This document shows, in pieces, positions 20,454 to 29,249 of a DNA stretch of 64,000 nt. How positions within the stretch are numbered: the stretch's first letter is position 1; every line of letters starts with the position of its first letter. The stretch is from a bacterium. GTDB taxonomy: Bacteria > Zhuqueibacterota > Zhuqueibacteria > Residuimicrobiales > Krinioviventaceae. The position numbers and the translations under genes were made by a program. Location of the stretch: assembly GCA_963675755.2 (NCBI GenBank), contig CAXXMD010000001.1, positions 127,209 through 191,208 of the forward strand, given 5' to 3'. The notes under the pieces were generated by a model, which was not told the DNA's origin, made no database searches, and worked only from the letters and a program-made list of their open reading frames with translations.

Positions 20454-20692
20454 CAGAATTCTCACTTTAAGTCTTGTAATTGTAATGGTTAAGAACTTGG
20501 TAGAAAAGAACCTATAATTTAAAATAATTAATTTTCCCTGAAAATCAATTAAATAATGTAAATTTGTTTCCAGTTGTATGATTTTGATGTGTACTACAAG
20601 CAGGTTGAGATAAATCAACTCATACGCAACCCAGGGGAAATATGAGCCCCGGTATATATTATATATAATGGCTATTAATTATTTTTTTAATT

Positions 20693-20724
20693 CCATCCGG
20701 CCAGCGTATATTCTGACCGGATGG
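20693..20724 (-). terminator. GC-rich stem-loop 19 nt downstream of the IDH-like gene (no U-tract)
   Basis: CCATCCGGCCAG / CTGACCGGATGG, 11 of 12 pairs with an 8-nt loop. On the minus-strand RNA an A-rich run follows, so this is not a canonical intrinsic terminator. Confidence 0.3.
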
Positions 20725-20742
20725 TTATAATCTTAATTAAAA

Positions 20743-21939
20743 TCAAGCAGTTAATTGTTTGTATTTTTCATCAAGGTCGGGCAGCTGAACCGTTTCCAGA
20801 ATATAATCACAGAATTCTCGTCCGGTTACACCATTGTCACGACCGGTTATGATCATTTTTTTCTCGAATTGCTGGCAAATTTCAAGCGCCTTGCCAAGTT
20901 GATCAGCTTTTTCAATATATCCGATATGTTCAAGCATCATTGCAGCAGCGCGGATCAGACTGGAAGGATCTGCATATTTTCCGCGTCCTTCTTTGATCAT
21001 ACGAGGAGCTGAACCATGAATTGCTTCAAACATTGCATATCGTTTGCCAATATTGGCACTTCCTGCGGTACCAACACCACCCTGGAATTCAGCAGCTTCG
21101 TCAGTTAAAATATCACCATAGAGGTTGGGGAGAACCATGACCTTGAATTGAGTACGACGTTTGGGATCTACCAATTTGGCTGTCATAATATCAATATACC
21201 AACCTTCCCATTTAACATCAGGATAATCTTTAGCAACACGCTCTGCAGTTTCAAGGAAAAGACCGTCTGTTGTTTTTACTACATTTGCTTTGGTTACAAC
21301 GGTAACGTCATTCAGGCCTGTTTTATGTGCATAATCAAACGCCATGCGAATGATACGCTCTGCACCTTGTTTGGTGATAACTTTAAAATCCATAGCCAGA
21401 TCTTCTGTAACCATTAAACCTTTACTACCAAGAACATAGGCACCTTCAGTGTTTTCGCGAAAGAAAGTCCAGTTCAGACCTTCTTTGGGAACTTTGACCG
21501 GGCGAACATTAGCGAACAGATCCAGTTCGCGGCGCATAGCAACATTAGCGCTTTCAATATTGGGGTAGGGGCCACCTTTTTCCGGAGTTGTAGTTGGCGC
21601 TTTAAGAATAACGTGACAAGCTTTGAGTTCTTCCAGAACATCATCCGGAATTGCTTTCATGTGTTCAACACGATTTTCAATGGTCAAACCTTCAATGGGT
21701 GTAAATTCAAGTTTGCCTTTGGCAATTTCATCCTTGAGTAGAATTTCTAAAAGGCGTTGGGTTTCCTGAGAAATGATAGGGCCTATACCATCTCCCCAGC
21801 AAAAACCGATTTTAATTGGAGATAATTTACTATAATCAATCCAGTCTTCAGCTTGTTTCATCTTTTCTATGCGTTCAAGCTGTTCCGCAATCAGTGATCC
21901 TAGATGTTCTTTTGCTTTTTCAATTGCTTTTTCACTCAT
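20743..21939 (-). CDS. icd: isocitrate dehydrogenase-like beta-decarboxylating dehydrogenase (isocitrate/isopropylmalate DH family)
   Basis: 398 aa with FRENTEGAY and NLYGDILTDEAAEFQGGVGTAGSANIG. Context with aconitase and a citrate-synthase-type gene favours isocitrate as substrate. Confidence 0.78.
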   Translation of the reverse strand: MSEKAIEKAKEHLGSLIAEQLERIEKMKQAEDWIDYSKLSPIKIGFCWGDGIGPIISQETQRLLEILLKDEIAKGKLEFTPIEGLTIENRVEHMKAIPDDVLEELKACHVILKAPTTTPEKGGPYPNIESANVAMRRELDLFANVRPVKVPKEGLNWTFFRENTEGAYVLGSKGLMVTEDLAMDFKVITKQGAERIIRMAFDYAHKTGLNDVTVVTKANVVKTTDGLFLETAERVAKDYPDVKWEGWYIDIMTAKLVDPKRRTQFKVMVLPNLYGDILTDEAAEFQGGVGTAGSANIGKRYAMFEAIHGSAPRMIKEGRGKYADPSSLIRAAAMMLEHIGYIEKADQLGKALEICQQFEKKMIITGRDNGVTGREFCDYILETVQLPDLDEKYKQLTA

Positions 21940-21971
21940 AATAACTCCTGTGTTGATTGGGGTCCCATGTT

Positions 21972-22484
21972 TTAATAAACATTTTGGTCATCGGAAAAAT
22001 CTTTGCGATCTTTTTTATATATGTAAAAACGCTCTTTTAAGGTATTTAATTCATTTTGAATATCCAAAGTTTTAGAAACATAATATTTGGCAAAGTTGTC
22101 TCTTGCGACAGCAAATGCCCGATTACATTCCGTTAATAATTCCACCAGTTCTTCAGATAAAGGATAGCAAGTGGTAAGCATACTCCAGAATTCATTCTCA
22201 AATATACGGATAGCTTTTTGAACTTCTTCCAAAGTATAGCCTTCGTTTGAGCGTTTGTTAGCAAGATTTTCCATATATTGAATTAGTGGTTTGTCATCAC
22301 AATCGGCAATTACCTTGAGCATAATATCAAGAAATTCTTCTTCACGTTCCTGATGGCGTTCAAAGTCAATAATCTCATAATGTGATTCTGACATTTTTTG
22401 CAGTTTATTACAAATATTGTTAATCAGATCATCACGATGTTCTTTGATGACACGTTTGAGATTACTGTTTGTGCAGTGTGTCAT
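21972..22484 (-). CDS. hypothetical acidic protein of predicted helical character (170 aa), weakly reminiscent of RsbR-N-type non-haem globin sensor domains
   Basis: ATG 22484 is preceded by AGGAG 11 nt upstream and lies inside the 3' end of the upstream gene (23-nt overlap). I recognise no catalytic motif. Confidence 0.7.
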   Translation of the reverse strand: MTHCTNSNLKRVIKEHRDDLINNICNKLQKMSESHYEIIDFERHQEREEEFLDIMLKVIADCDDKPLIQYMENLANKRSNEGYTLEEVQKAIRIFENEFWSMLTTCYPLSEELVELLTECNRAFAVARDNFAKYYVSKTLDIQNELNTLKERFYIYKKDRKDFSDDQNVY

Positions 22485-24354
22485 GCTTTTTGATTCTCCT
22501 GTTTCTCCGTTTCAGTTGCTCTTCAATTCTGCCAATGATACGCTGCGAATATTTACTATAATCTTTACCCATGCTTTCAGACTCTTTATCCAATCCTTTT
22601 TCTATTGTAGTTATAAAGTCTTCTATGCTTTTTGCGGAAACGGGTTTGGGCTGGTCTGCCCATTTAAATAGCATCGCTTCTATGGGTTCAAAATAGTCTG
22701 GTTTTGGTAACGTGTTGCAAGATTTAAAGGGATATGGATTTAATTCTTGCTGGAATCCCTTTAAGGCCATGATTAATGGTTGATAATCATATTCATAAAA
22801 CAATCTTGAAAATTGGTATTCAATAACGGGAGTCCACTTGTTATCATCTGGTACCGTATGATGTTTGTTTAGCCGTGAAAAATTGAGCCCTGTTTCTTCG
22901 TGATCAATTTCCCGTTGGTGAATACGCATTTCCCTTAATATTCCATTACTGTCTTCACGCAAATCTCCTCCGAGCAAAAGAAGACAAAGGAAAAAGTCCG
23001 GATTATCAATTTCTCTAAATTCTTGATTTGGAGGTAACTGTATACTGAGATGCAGACTGTGCGGCTTGATGTCCAAATATCTTACCGCTAAATCAATCAA
23101 TTGGGACAGTACCCAGGGATCCTGAGTTGCCGGTTTGGATACATCCCCCAGTAATTTATACCTGCCAAATGCCAATTCAAGAAAACCACGGGTTCTGACA
23201 TTTGATGAAGTCAGGAAGCCATGGTCATCAACATGTGCGCCAAGTTTCCACCCTCTGCGCATAATGTCAAATTTATAGAAATAATAAAACGAGTCATAAA
23301 GCGGATCTTCGCCTTCTTTAGAGTTTACCGCTCTATAGCCAATATTGGAAAATTCCAGTTCTGCTCCCAAGGGCAGGTAGCCAATGTGACGATTCTTTTT
23401 GAGCCATTTTACAATCTCATCTGCCTTGACGGGGTCATACAATTCTTCTGCAATGATAATTGCGGCAGCAGCATAATCAGTATATAAAATTTCAGGGTTA
23501 TACCTATCTACTTCCAGATGAGAAATAGCACTGGATAAGTGTTGTTTTTGATTGACCAGCAGTTTAAGCGCCATTGTAGCAGAAAGGGTATGGATATAAA
23601 ATTCATCTGCTACATTTACCTGGCCCCTGTAATCATTCCTGAATTTTTCTTCAAGTTGATTAAAGATCATGAAATTGAGTGCAAGCTTCATGTAATTGTC
23701 TGCATACTTTACCGCTTTTCTATCGGTTTTTAACCAATTCAAGCGGGGTATGCTTGCTTTTTCAATTTCATGTTTGATAATAAATGCAGGGATACCGGTA
23801 TCTTGAAAATATTGGCGTAATATGCTATGAACTTCTTCTGAAAGCAACTCTCTTGTTACTTTGAGTGGAAGAGATTCACGATCATAATTGAGCAGCATAT
23901 CCGCTTTTTGTTCTACATAGCGGTTAACATTGCTTTCAACAAATTCTTCAATACGGTCTCGTTCCTGGAATCCTTTATTGATATAGGGTTTTATGGACCT
24001 GGGCTTGCCAATATAAACGAAAGAATCAATCACTTTATCGTTCACTTGAATCTGTGCCACTTTGCGTTTATATAAACTGCCTTCAGCTTCGTAAGCATCA
24101 AGTTTCTCAAGTATATCAGGTGTTACATTGTACAAAACTCTGCCTTCAATGCTGTACCCCTTCCAGGGAAGAGCAAAGGTAAAGCTGTTTTCCGGTTGAA
24201 CCCGACGGTGATTGAGTAGTAAACCTTTTTCACTCAACAGTTTTGTGCCTGTCAGCAATTCCAGATAATAATCATTATTCAGAGAACCATAAACAAATAC
24301 TTTGTCTATGGTTTCCCAATCGATCTTTGCTGTTTTCTTTTCTTTTGGACTCAC
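22462..24354 (-). CDS. uncharacterised 630-aa fusion protein: N-terminal gamma-glutamyl cyclotransferase (GGCT/AIG2-like) domain plus a large unknown region with possible GS-fold amidoligase motifs
   Basis: GTG start in a GTGA overlap with the upstream stop. Residues ~17-120 read VFVYGSL..GYSIEGRVL..LDAYEAEGSLYKRKV (GGCT pattern). Residues ~326-440 carry LGAELEF, GAHVDDHG..GFLELAF and SLHLS. Confidence 0.85.
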   Translation of the reverse strand: MSPKEKKTAKIDWETIDKVFVYGSLNNDYYLELLTGTKLLSEKGLLLNHRRVQPENSFTFALPWKGYSIEGRVLYNVTPDILEKLDAYEAEGSLYKRKVAQIQVNDKVIDSFVYIGKPRSIKPYINKGFQERDRIEEFVESNVNRYVEQKADMLLNYDRESLPLKVTRELLSEEVHSILRQYFQDTGIPAFIIKHEIEKASIPRLNWLKTDRKAVKYADNYMKLALNFMIFNQLEEKFRNDYRGQVNVADEFYIHTLSATMALKLLVNQKQHLSSAISHLEVDRYNPEILYTDYAAAAIIIAEELYDPVKADEIVKWLKKNRHIGYLPLGAELEFSNIGYRAVNSKEGEDPLYDSFYYFYKFDIMRRGWKLGAHVDDHGFLTSSNVRTRGFLELAFGRYKLLGDVSKPATQDPWVLSQLIDLAVRYLDIKPHSLHLSIQLPPNQEFREIDNPDFFLCLLLLGGDLREDSNGILREMRIHQREIDHEETGLNFSRLNKHHTVPDDNKWTPVIEYQFSRLFYEYDYQPLIMALKGFQQELNPYPFKSCNTLPKPDYFEPIEAMLFKWADQPKPVSAKSIEDFITTIEKGLDKESESMGKDYSKYSQRIIGRIEEQLKRRNRRIKKHDTLHKQ

Positions 24355-25718
24355 TCTACCTTGTCTGCGAAATAGAGTTCAAACTGCTTCATCATTTCTT
24401 CAGGTGAAATTGAAGTCACCCTACCGTTTTCGTATTGTTCTTCAACCCATTCAAATATTTTTGCAACCTGTGGATTTCTCTTGTCAACTGGCGGTAACCC
24501 ACGTTTTTTTAGTTCCCGGTTAACCCAAAAACCCACACCTGCAATTCCTGAACGATTGGTAAGATTTACACCAATAGGACGGTTTAATACTTTATCCGTA
24601 TCAAAAATATTATAAATTTCTTCATTTTTAATCACACCGTCTGCGTGAATTCCTGCCATTGTTACATTAAAGCGTTCACCTACAAAGGGATAGTTGTTAG
24701 GAATTACTGTACCAATTTCTTTGAGGTATTCTGCAATTTCAGTGATCGCAGTAAGATCCATGCCATTGGTGCTTCCCGTAAGTGATGCATACTCTACAGC
24801 CAGCGCTTCTACAGGAGAGTTGCCGGTCCTCTCACCAAATCCAAGAATTGTGCCATTTACACCTGATACACCGGACAACCAGGCCGTAACAGAGTTTGCA
24901 TGAACTTTGTGAAAATCATTGTGGCCATGCCATTCAAGGTTTTCCGAAGTGATGCCAACTTCACGTTGCAGGAAATATGCAATTTTCCGAATGGAACGTG
25001 GAAGCGCAACACCGGGATAAGGGAGGCCATAACCCATAGTATCACATAACCGGATTTTAATTTTTAATCCTGATTTTGCTGAAAAATTCATCAATTCTTC
25101 TGCAAAAGGTACAACCGTACCCCAAAAATCGGCACGGGTAATATCTTCAAAATGGCATCTGATAGCTTCCAAACCGGCATCAGCGGCAGCCTGAACAACA
25201 CCCATAAACGCATCAAGGACCTGGCGACGCGTTTTTTTAAATTTCATAAAAATGTGATAATCTGATATTGATGTCAGCATACCGGTTTCTTTTATGCCTA
25301 CACTTTTAACGAGTTCAAAATCAGCAGGATTTGCGCGGATCCAGGATGTTACCTGTGGAAATTCCAGGCCTTTATTACGCACCTCTTCAAGAATTTCTCT
25401 ATCCATTTCTGAATAGATAAAAAACTCGGATTGCCGTATAACACCGTTTGGCCCGGAAAGTTTGCTTATAAGGTCAAATAGTTTAGATACCTGTTCGGGT
25501 GTATAGGGGGGACGCGCCTGTTGTCCATCTCTAAAAGTTGTATCCGTAATCCAGATATCTTTTGCAGGTTTGGCGTCTACAATTTCACCGTCAAATACGG
25601 TTTTGGGAATCTCGGAATAGGGAAATATATCACGCATCAAATTTGGTTCTTCAACATCGATCAATGGATGTTTTTTTTGTTTTGATAAAATTCTCCAGTC
25701 AGAATTCACTTCAGCCAT
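24351..25718 (-). CDS. HMGL-family acyl-CoA:2-oxoacid condensing enzyme (homocitrate synthase family); Re-citrate synthase proposed from context
   Basis: 455 aa with ITDTTFRDGQQ, WHGHNDFHKVHANSVTA and GFGERTGNSP metal/substrate motifs. No LeuA-type regulatory C-terminal domain. Same operon as IDH and same array as aconitase. AAGGAGGG RBS. Confidence 0.85.
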   Translation of the reverse strand: MAEVNSDWRILSKQKKHPLIDVEEPNLMRDIFPYSEIPKTVFDGEIVDAKPAKDIWITDTTFRDGQQARPPYTPEQVSKLFDLISKLSGPNGVIRQSEFFIYSEMDREILEEVRNKGLEFPQVTSWIRANPADFELVKSVGIKETGMLTSISDYHIFMKFKKTRRQVLDAFMGVVQAAADAGLEAIRCHFEDITRADFWGTVVPFAEELMNFSAKSGLKIKIRLCDTMGYGLPYPGVALPRSIRKIAYFLQREVGITSENLEWHGHNDFHKVHANSVTAWLSGVSGVNGTILGFGERTGNSPVEALAVEYASLTGSTNGMDLTAITEIAEYLKEIGTVIPNNYPFVGERFNVTMAGIHADGVIKNEEIYNIFDTDKVLNRPIGVNLTNRSGIAGVGFWVNRELKKRGLPPVDKRNPQVAKIFEWVEEQYENGRVTSISPEEMMKQFELYFADKVE

Positions 25719-25765
25719 GATCCCTCCTTGTTTGTATGGTTAAAAAATTTTTACTAAATATACGA

Positions 25766-25808
25766 AATCCCTATTATTGCCAGTGGATGGCAATTAAAAC
25801 CAGGGATT
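25766..25808 (-). promoter_or_regulatory. nested inverted repeats between the TPR gene stop and the synthase operon start (terminator and/or operator)
   Basis: Outer arms AATCCCT (25766-25772) / AGGGATT (25802-25808). Inner arms ATTGCCA (25776-25782) / TGGCAAT (25788-25794). Confidence 0.3.
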
Positions 25809-25831
25809 GTCAGAATTGTGAAATTTGAGAG

Positions 25832-26505
25832 TTACGGTTCTTGAACTTCGGTCAGATATTGTAATGCATCAATAATTTTGCTATTATTGGGGCTGAGTTC
25901 GAGACCATGTTTGTATGCGTTAATCGCTTCAGGAATACGTCTAAGACGGTAATAGACGTTTCCAAGATGATAGTATACACGAGAATCTTCACTACCAATC
26001 TTTAATAACTCTTCAAGATGTTCCAAAGCGCAGTGGTAGCATTGTTCTTCAATGCAGGATAGTGCTGCATGATAATGTGCCATGGGAGAATCTGCTTTTT
26101 TCTCAAGCAATGTTTCAAAAGCCTTGCGAGCTTTGTGATATTTGCCAAGATGCCAGTATGTCATGCCCAACCAGTAATATGCCATCAGCATTTCAGGTGC
26201 CAATTCAATTACTTTTTTTAGAGCATTTTTGGCATCCCATAACTTTAATTGGCGATAATGAGATACACCCAGATAGTAATATGCATAAGGGAGTTCGGGA
26301 TTTACTTTTATGGCTTTTTCAAAGACCTCAATAGCAGATGAAATCTTGCCACGCAAATAGTAACCATTTCCCAGCATTAATAAAGATCTTATGTCTTGTT
26401 CGTCAGCTTTGACTGTTTGCTCAAGCTGTTTCATCAATTCATCTAACTGAGATGAATCCATCATGTCCATAGATTCTGGCAGATTAATATCAGATGAAGT
26501 CATAT
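25832..26505 (-). CDS. tetratricopeptide-repeat (TPR) protein
   Basis: Repeated TPR-like A/Y/G pattern (YYYLGVSHY, AYYWLGMTYWHLGKY, YYHLGNVYYRL). Start set at ATG 26505 (MTSSD), with GGGAG 8 nt upstream. Confidence 0.85.
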
Positions 26506-26686
26506 CGAATACTCCCATATATCTTAACAATCCACTGCATAATATAATAATGTGTTTCTGAATTAATGTCAAGTACTATTTGTATTGAAAACAAAATCGA
26601 TAGTTTTATATTGATTTTTAACAGTCAAATGAATACATTTATTGCCAATATTGTTTATATTTTCTTAAAAATTTACAGGATTATTT

Positions 26687-27241
26687 ATGTTTTATAGAGT
26701 TAAAATGTATGTTGTTTTGTTAGCAGGAATTGCTTTTGTCGCAGGATGTGCCTCAGCCCCTAAAACAGTTTCTGTAGTACCTGACGATCAAAAGGCAGAA
26801 AAAGTGGTTATGAATGAAGATTTTAATCCATTAACATTAAACGATTATTCTTTACCTGCTGAAAAAAAGTCTACGGTGACAACGTACAAGTTGGAACAGT
26901 TTATGAAAGAAGATAAAGTAGACTCTTTAAATTCCGACGAGATGGTTCCCGGGTATCGGGTACAGTTGATATCAACCAGATATGAAGCTGAAGCGCGTAC
27001 CGTCAAGCTGGATGCAATGCTTACTTTTAAAGAAAATGTGTATGTAATATTTGATGATCCATATTATAAAATTAGAATAGGGGATTGTCTTACCCGCTTT
27101 GATGCAAACGTATTGCAGGAAGAAGCGGCAGATAAAAATTTTAATGAGGCCTGGGTAGTTAGAACCAATGTATTTCGCTCTCCTGTTTTGCAAAGTGAAG
27201 AAGGCGAGGATAAAGAGGATATAGAAGTTATCGTACCCTGA
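26687..27241 (+). CDS. SPOR-domain lipoprotein
   Basis: Lipobox FVAGC after a hydrophobic leader. C-terminal GYRVQLIST..YYKIRIGD..EAWVV matches the SPOR (septal peptidoglycan-binding) repeat pattern. Confidence 0.82.
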   Translation: MFYRVKMYVVLLAGIAFVAGCASAPKTVSVVPDDQKAEKVVMNEDFNPLTLNDYSLPAEKKSTVTTYKLEQFMKEDKVDSLNSDEMVPGYRVQLISTRYEAEARTVKLDAMLTFKENVYVIFDDPYYKIRIGDCLTRFDANVLQEEAADKNFNEAWVVRTNVFRSPVLQSEEGEDKEDIEVIVP

Positions 27242-27283
27242 CCTGATTACATGCAGTAAACCACATTCTTTATTATATTTCCC

Positions 27284-27312
27284 TTGAAATTTGCGAAAAA
27301 TTTTATTATATT
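27284..27312 (+). promoter_or_regulatory. sigma70-type promoter upstream of yebC-ruvCAB (TTGAAA-17-TATATT)
   Basis: TTGAAA at 27284-27289, a 17-nt spacer, TATATT at 27307-27312, about 100 nt upstream of the yebC ATG. Confidence 0.45.
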
Positions 27313-27409
27313 CAAGGTCACGGATTTTCTGTGTTTAAATTGAATTTATTTGTTAATATGATCGAGTTCCGTGAATTATGTTATTGCGGAGAATAAAACA
27401 GGAGATTTT

Positions 27410-28159
27410 ATGTCAGGACATTCCAAGTGGAGCACCATTAAGCGTAAAAAGGGAAAGGCGGATGCTGAACGAGGCAAGTTGTTTACCCGTCTGATCAAAG
27501 AAATTACCATTGCTGCCCGTCACGGCGGTGGAGATGAAAATGCTAACCCCAGATTGCGTTCTGCCATTCAGGCAGCCAAAGGTGCTAATATGCCATCAGC
27601 CAATATTGATAAAGCAATCAAACGTGGAACCGGAGAATTGCCTGGTGTTAATTACGAAGAATTAACATATGAAGGATATGGTCCCGCAGGTGTTGCTGTT
27701 TATCTTGATGTACTGACGGACAATAAGAACAGAACAGTTGCTGAAATACGTCATTTGTTGACAAAGTATGGTGGCAGTTTGGGTGAAAATGGCAGTGTTG
27801 CATGGATGTTTACCAAAAAAGGTATAATTATAATTGATGAAAATGCAACCACCGAAGATGATTTGATGATGGTTGCTCTGGATGCCGGAGCAGAAGATAT
27901 AGAGCAGGAAGAAGGTGTTTTTCGGGTATATACAGATGTTGCTGCATTAGAAGCGGTAAAATCCGCTCTTGATGAAAACAATATTCCTTATGAAAGTGCA
28001 GAGCTTACAATGGAGCCTGCTAACACTGTCCAGGTGGAAGGAAAATCAGCCGAATCTGTATTAAAACTGATGGATGCTTTAGAAGATCACGATGATGTTC
28101 AGAATCTGTATTCAAACTTTGATATAGATGACAGTGTTATTGAAGCCATGAATTTATAA
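27410..28159 (+). CDS. yebC: YebC/PmpR-family transcriptional/translational regulator
   Basis: MSGHSKWSTIKRKKG.. is the canonical N-terminus. AGGAG RBS at 27399-27403. Start moved downstream from the tracked ORF start. Confidence 0.93.
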   Translation: MSGHSKWSTIKRKKGKADAERGKLFTRLIKEITIAARHGGGDENANPRLRSAIQAAKGANMPSANIDKAIKRGTGELPGVNYEELTYEGYGPAGVAVYLDVLTDNKNRTVAEIRHLLTKYGGSLGENGSVAWMFTKKGIIIIDENATTEDDLMMVALDAGAEDIEQEEGVFRVYTDVAALEAVKSALDENNIPYESAELTMEPANTVQVEGKSAESVLKLMDALEDHDDVQNLYSNFDIDDSVIEAMNL

Positions 28160-28162
28160 ATC

Positions 28163-28642
28163 ATGCGAGTAATGGGAATTGACCCAGGAAGTATAGTTAC
28201 TGGTTATGGTATTGTTGATTTTGATGAGGATGTTCACCTGGTAGAATACGGATGCATTCGATTAAAATCAAAGTCTGAATTTACCAATCGTTTAAAAGAA
28301 ATCTATCTACGTGTTCAAGATCTTTTAAACAAGTATAACCCTGATTGTGTTGCATTTGAAGATATATTTTATGGTCATAATGTGAAATCAGCAATACAAT
28401 TAGGCCATGCGCGAGGAGCTGCTGTTGTGTCGGCGGCAATAGCAGAGTTGCCGGTTTCCTATTACTCACCCCGAGAAGTAAAACAAGCTATTACCGGATA
28501 TGGTGGTGCATCAAAGGAGCAAGTGCAAAAAATGGTACAAAATATTTTGCAGATCGCCGAGCCTATTACGCCCCTTGATGCTTCTGATGCATTAGGCATT
28601 GCAATTTGCCATGCATTCCGTCACAAAAATGATGAATATTGA
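28163..28642 (+). CDS. ruvC: Holliday junction resolvase RuvC
   Basis: MRVMGIDPGS.., ..AFEDIFYG.., ..DASDALGIAICH.. acidic catalytic residues. Confidence 0.94.
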   Translation: MRVMGIDPGSIVTGYGIVDFDEDVHLVEYGCIRLKSKSEFTNRLKEIYLRVQDLLNKYNPDCVAFEDIFYGHNVKSAIQLGHARGAAVVSAAIAELPVSYYSPREVKQAITGYGGASKEQVQKMVQNILQIAEPITPLDASDALGIAICHAFRHKNDEY

Positions 28643-28646
28643 TTCT

Positions 28647-29243
28647 ATGATTTCTTTTATACAAGGCAAGATAGCGGAAAAGTCACCCACTCATATAGTA
28701 ATTGATAAGGGCGGAATTGGCATGCATTTGTTGATTTCTTTGGCAACGTATACAACGTTGGGCGATAAAGGTGATCAGACGCATTTAGAAACGCATTTAC
28801 ACGTAAAAGAAGATTCTTTAACTCTATTTGGATTTGCCACTCGTGATGAACGTGAATTGTTTTTGCATTTGCTCTCTGTGAGTGGAGTAGGACCCAAGTT
28901 AGCAATGGGTATTTTGTCTGGTGCAGAATTAGCAGAATTGTATCACTATATAGCTGAAAGTGATGAAAATGCACTGGTTAAAATTAAGGGTTTGGGAAAA
29001 AAAACAGCACAACGTATTATACTTGATTTGCAACCCGTTGCAAAAAAGAAAACCGGAGAGTTTGATATAGATAGCTCAGCTGTTCGTGTTGCAGATGTTG
29101 GTTTTAAAGATGAAGCTGTTTTAGCATTGTCAGCATTAGGCTATTCGGCAACAGAAGCAGATAAAGCTGTTTCAAAAGCTATCGTTTTGAATCCGGATTG
29201 TGATAATGTTGAAACTTTGATCAGAATAGCATTAAACAGTTAG
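28647..29243 (+). CDS. ruvA: Holliday junction branch migration protein RuvA
   Basis: MISFIQGKI.. N-terminus and HhH motifs (VSGVGPKLA, IKGLGKKTAQRI). Start set at ATG 28647, just after the ruvC stop. Confidence 0.9.
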   Translation: MISFIQGKIAEKSPTHIVIDKGGIGMHLLISLATYTTLGDKGDQTHLETHLHVKEDSLTLFGFATRDERELFLHLLSVSGVGPKLAMGILSGAELAELYHYIAESDENALVKIKGLGKKTAQRIILDLQPVAKKKTGEFDIDSSAVRVADVGFKDEAVLALSALGYSATEADKAVSKAIVLNPDCDNVETLIRIALNS

Positions 29244-29249
29244 GTTGAA

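Noticed and set aside
20454-20618. 55-codon N-terminal extension of the lutA ORF in the track
   Set aside because: The extension is I/L/K/F-rich low-complexity sequence starting at a non-ATG codon. The conserved LutA sequence begins at MKVALFIPC (ATG 20453). The region is better read as the 289-nt intergenic/promoter region.
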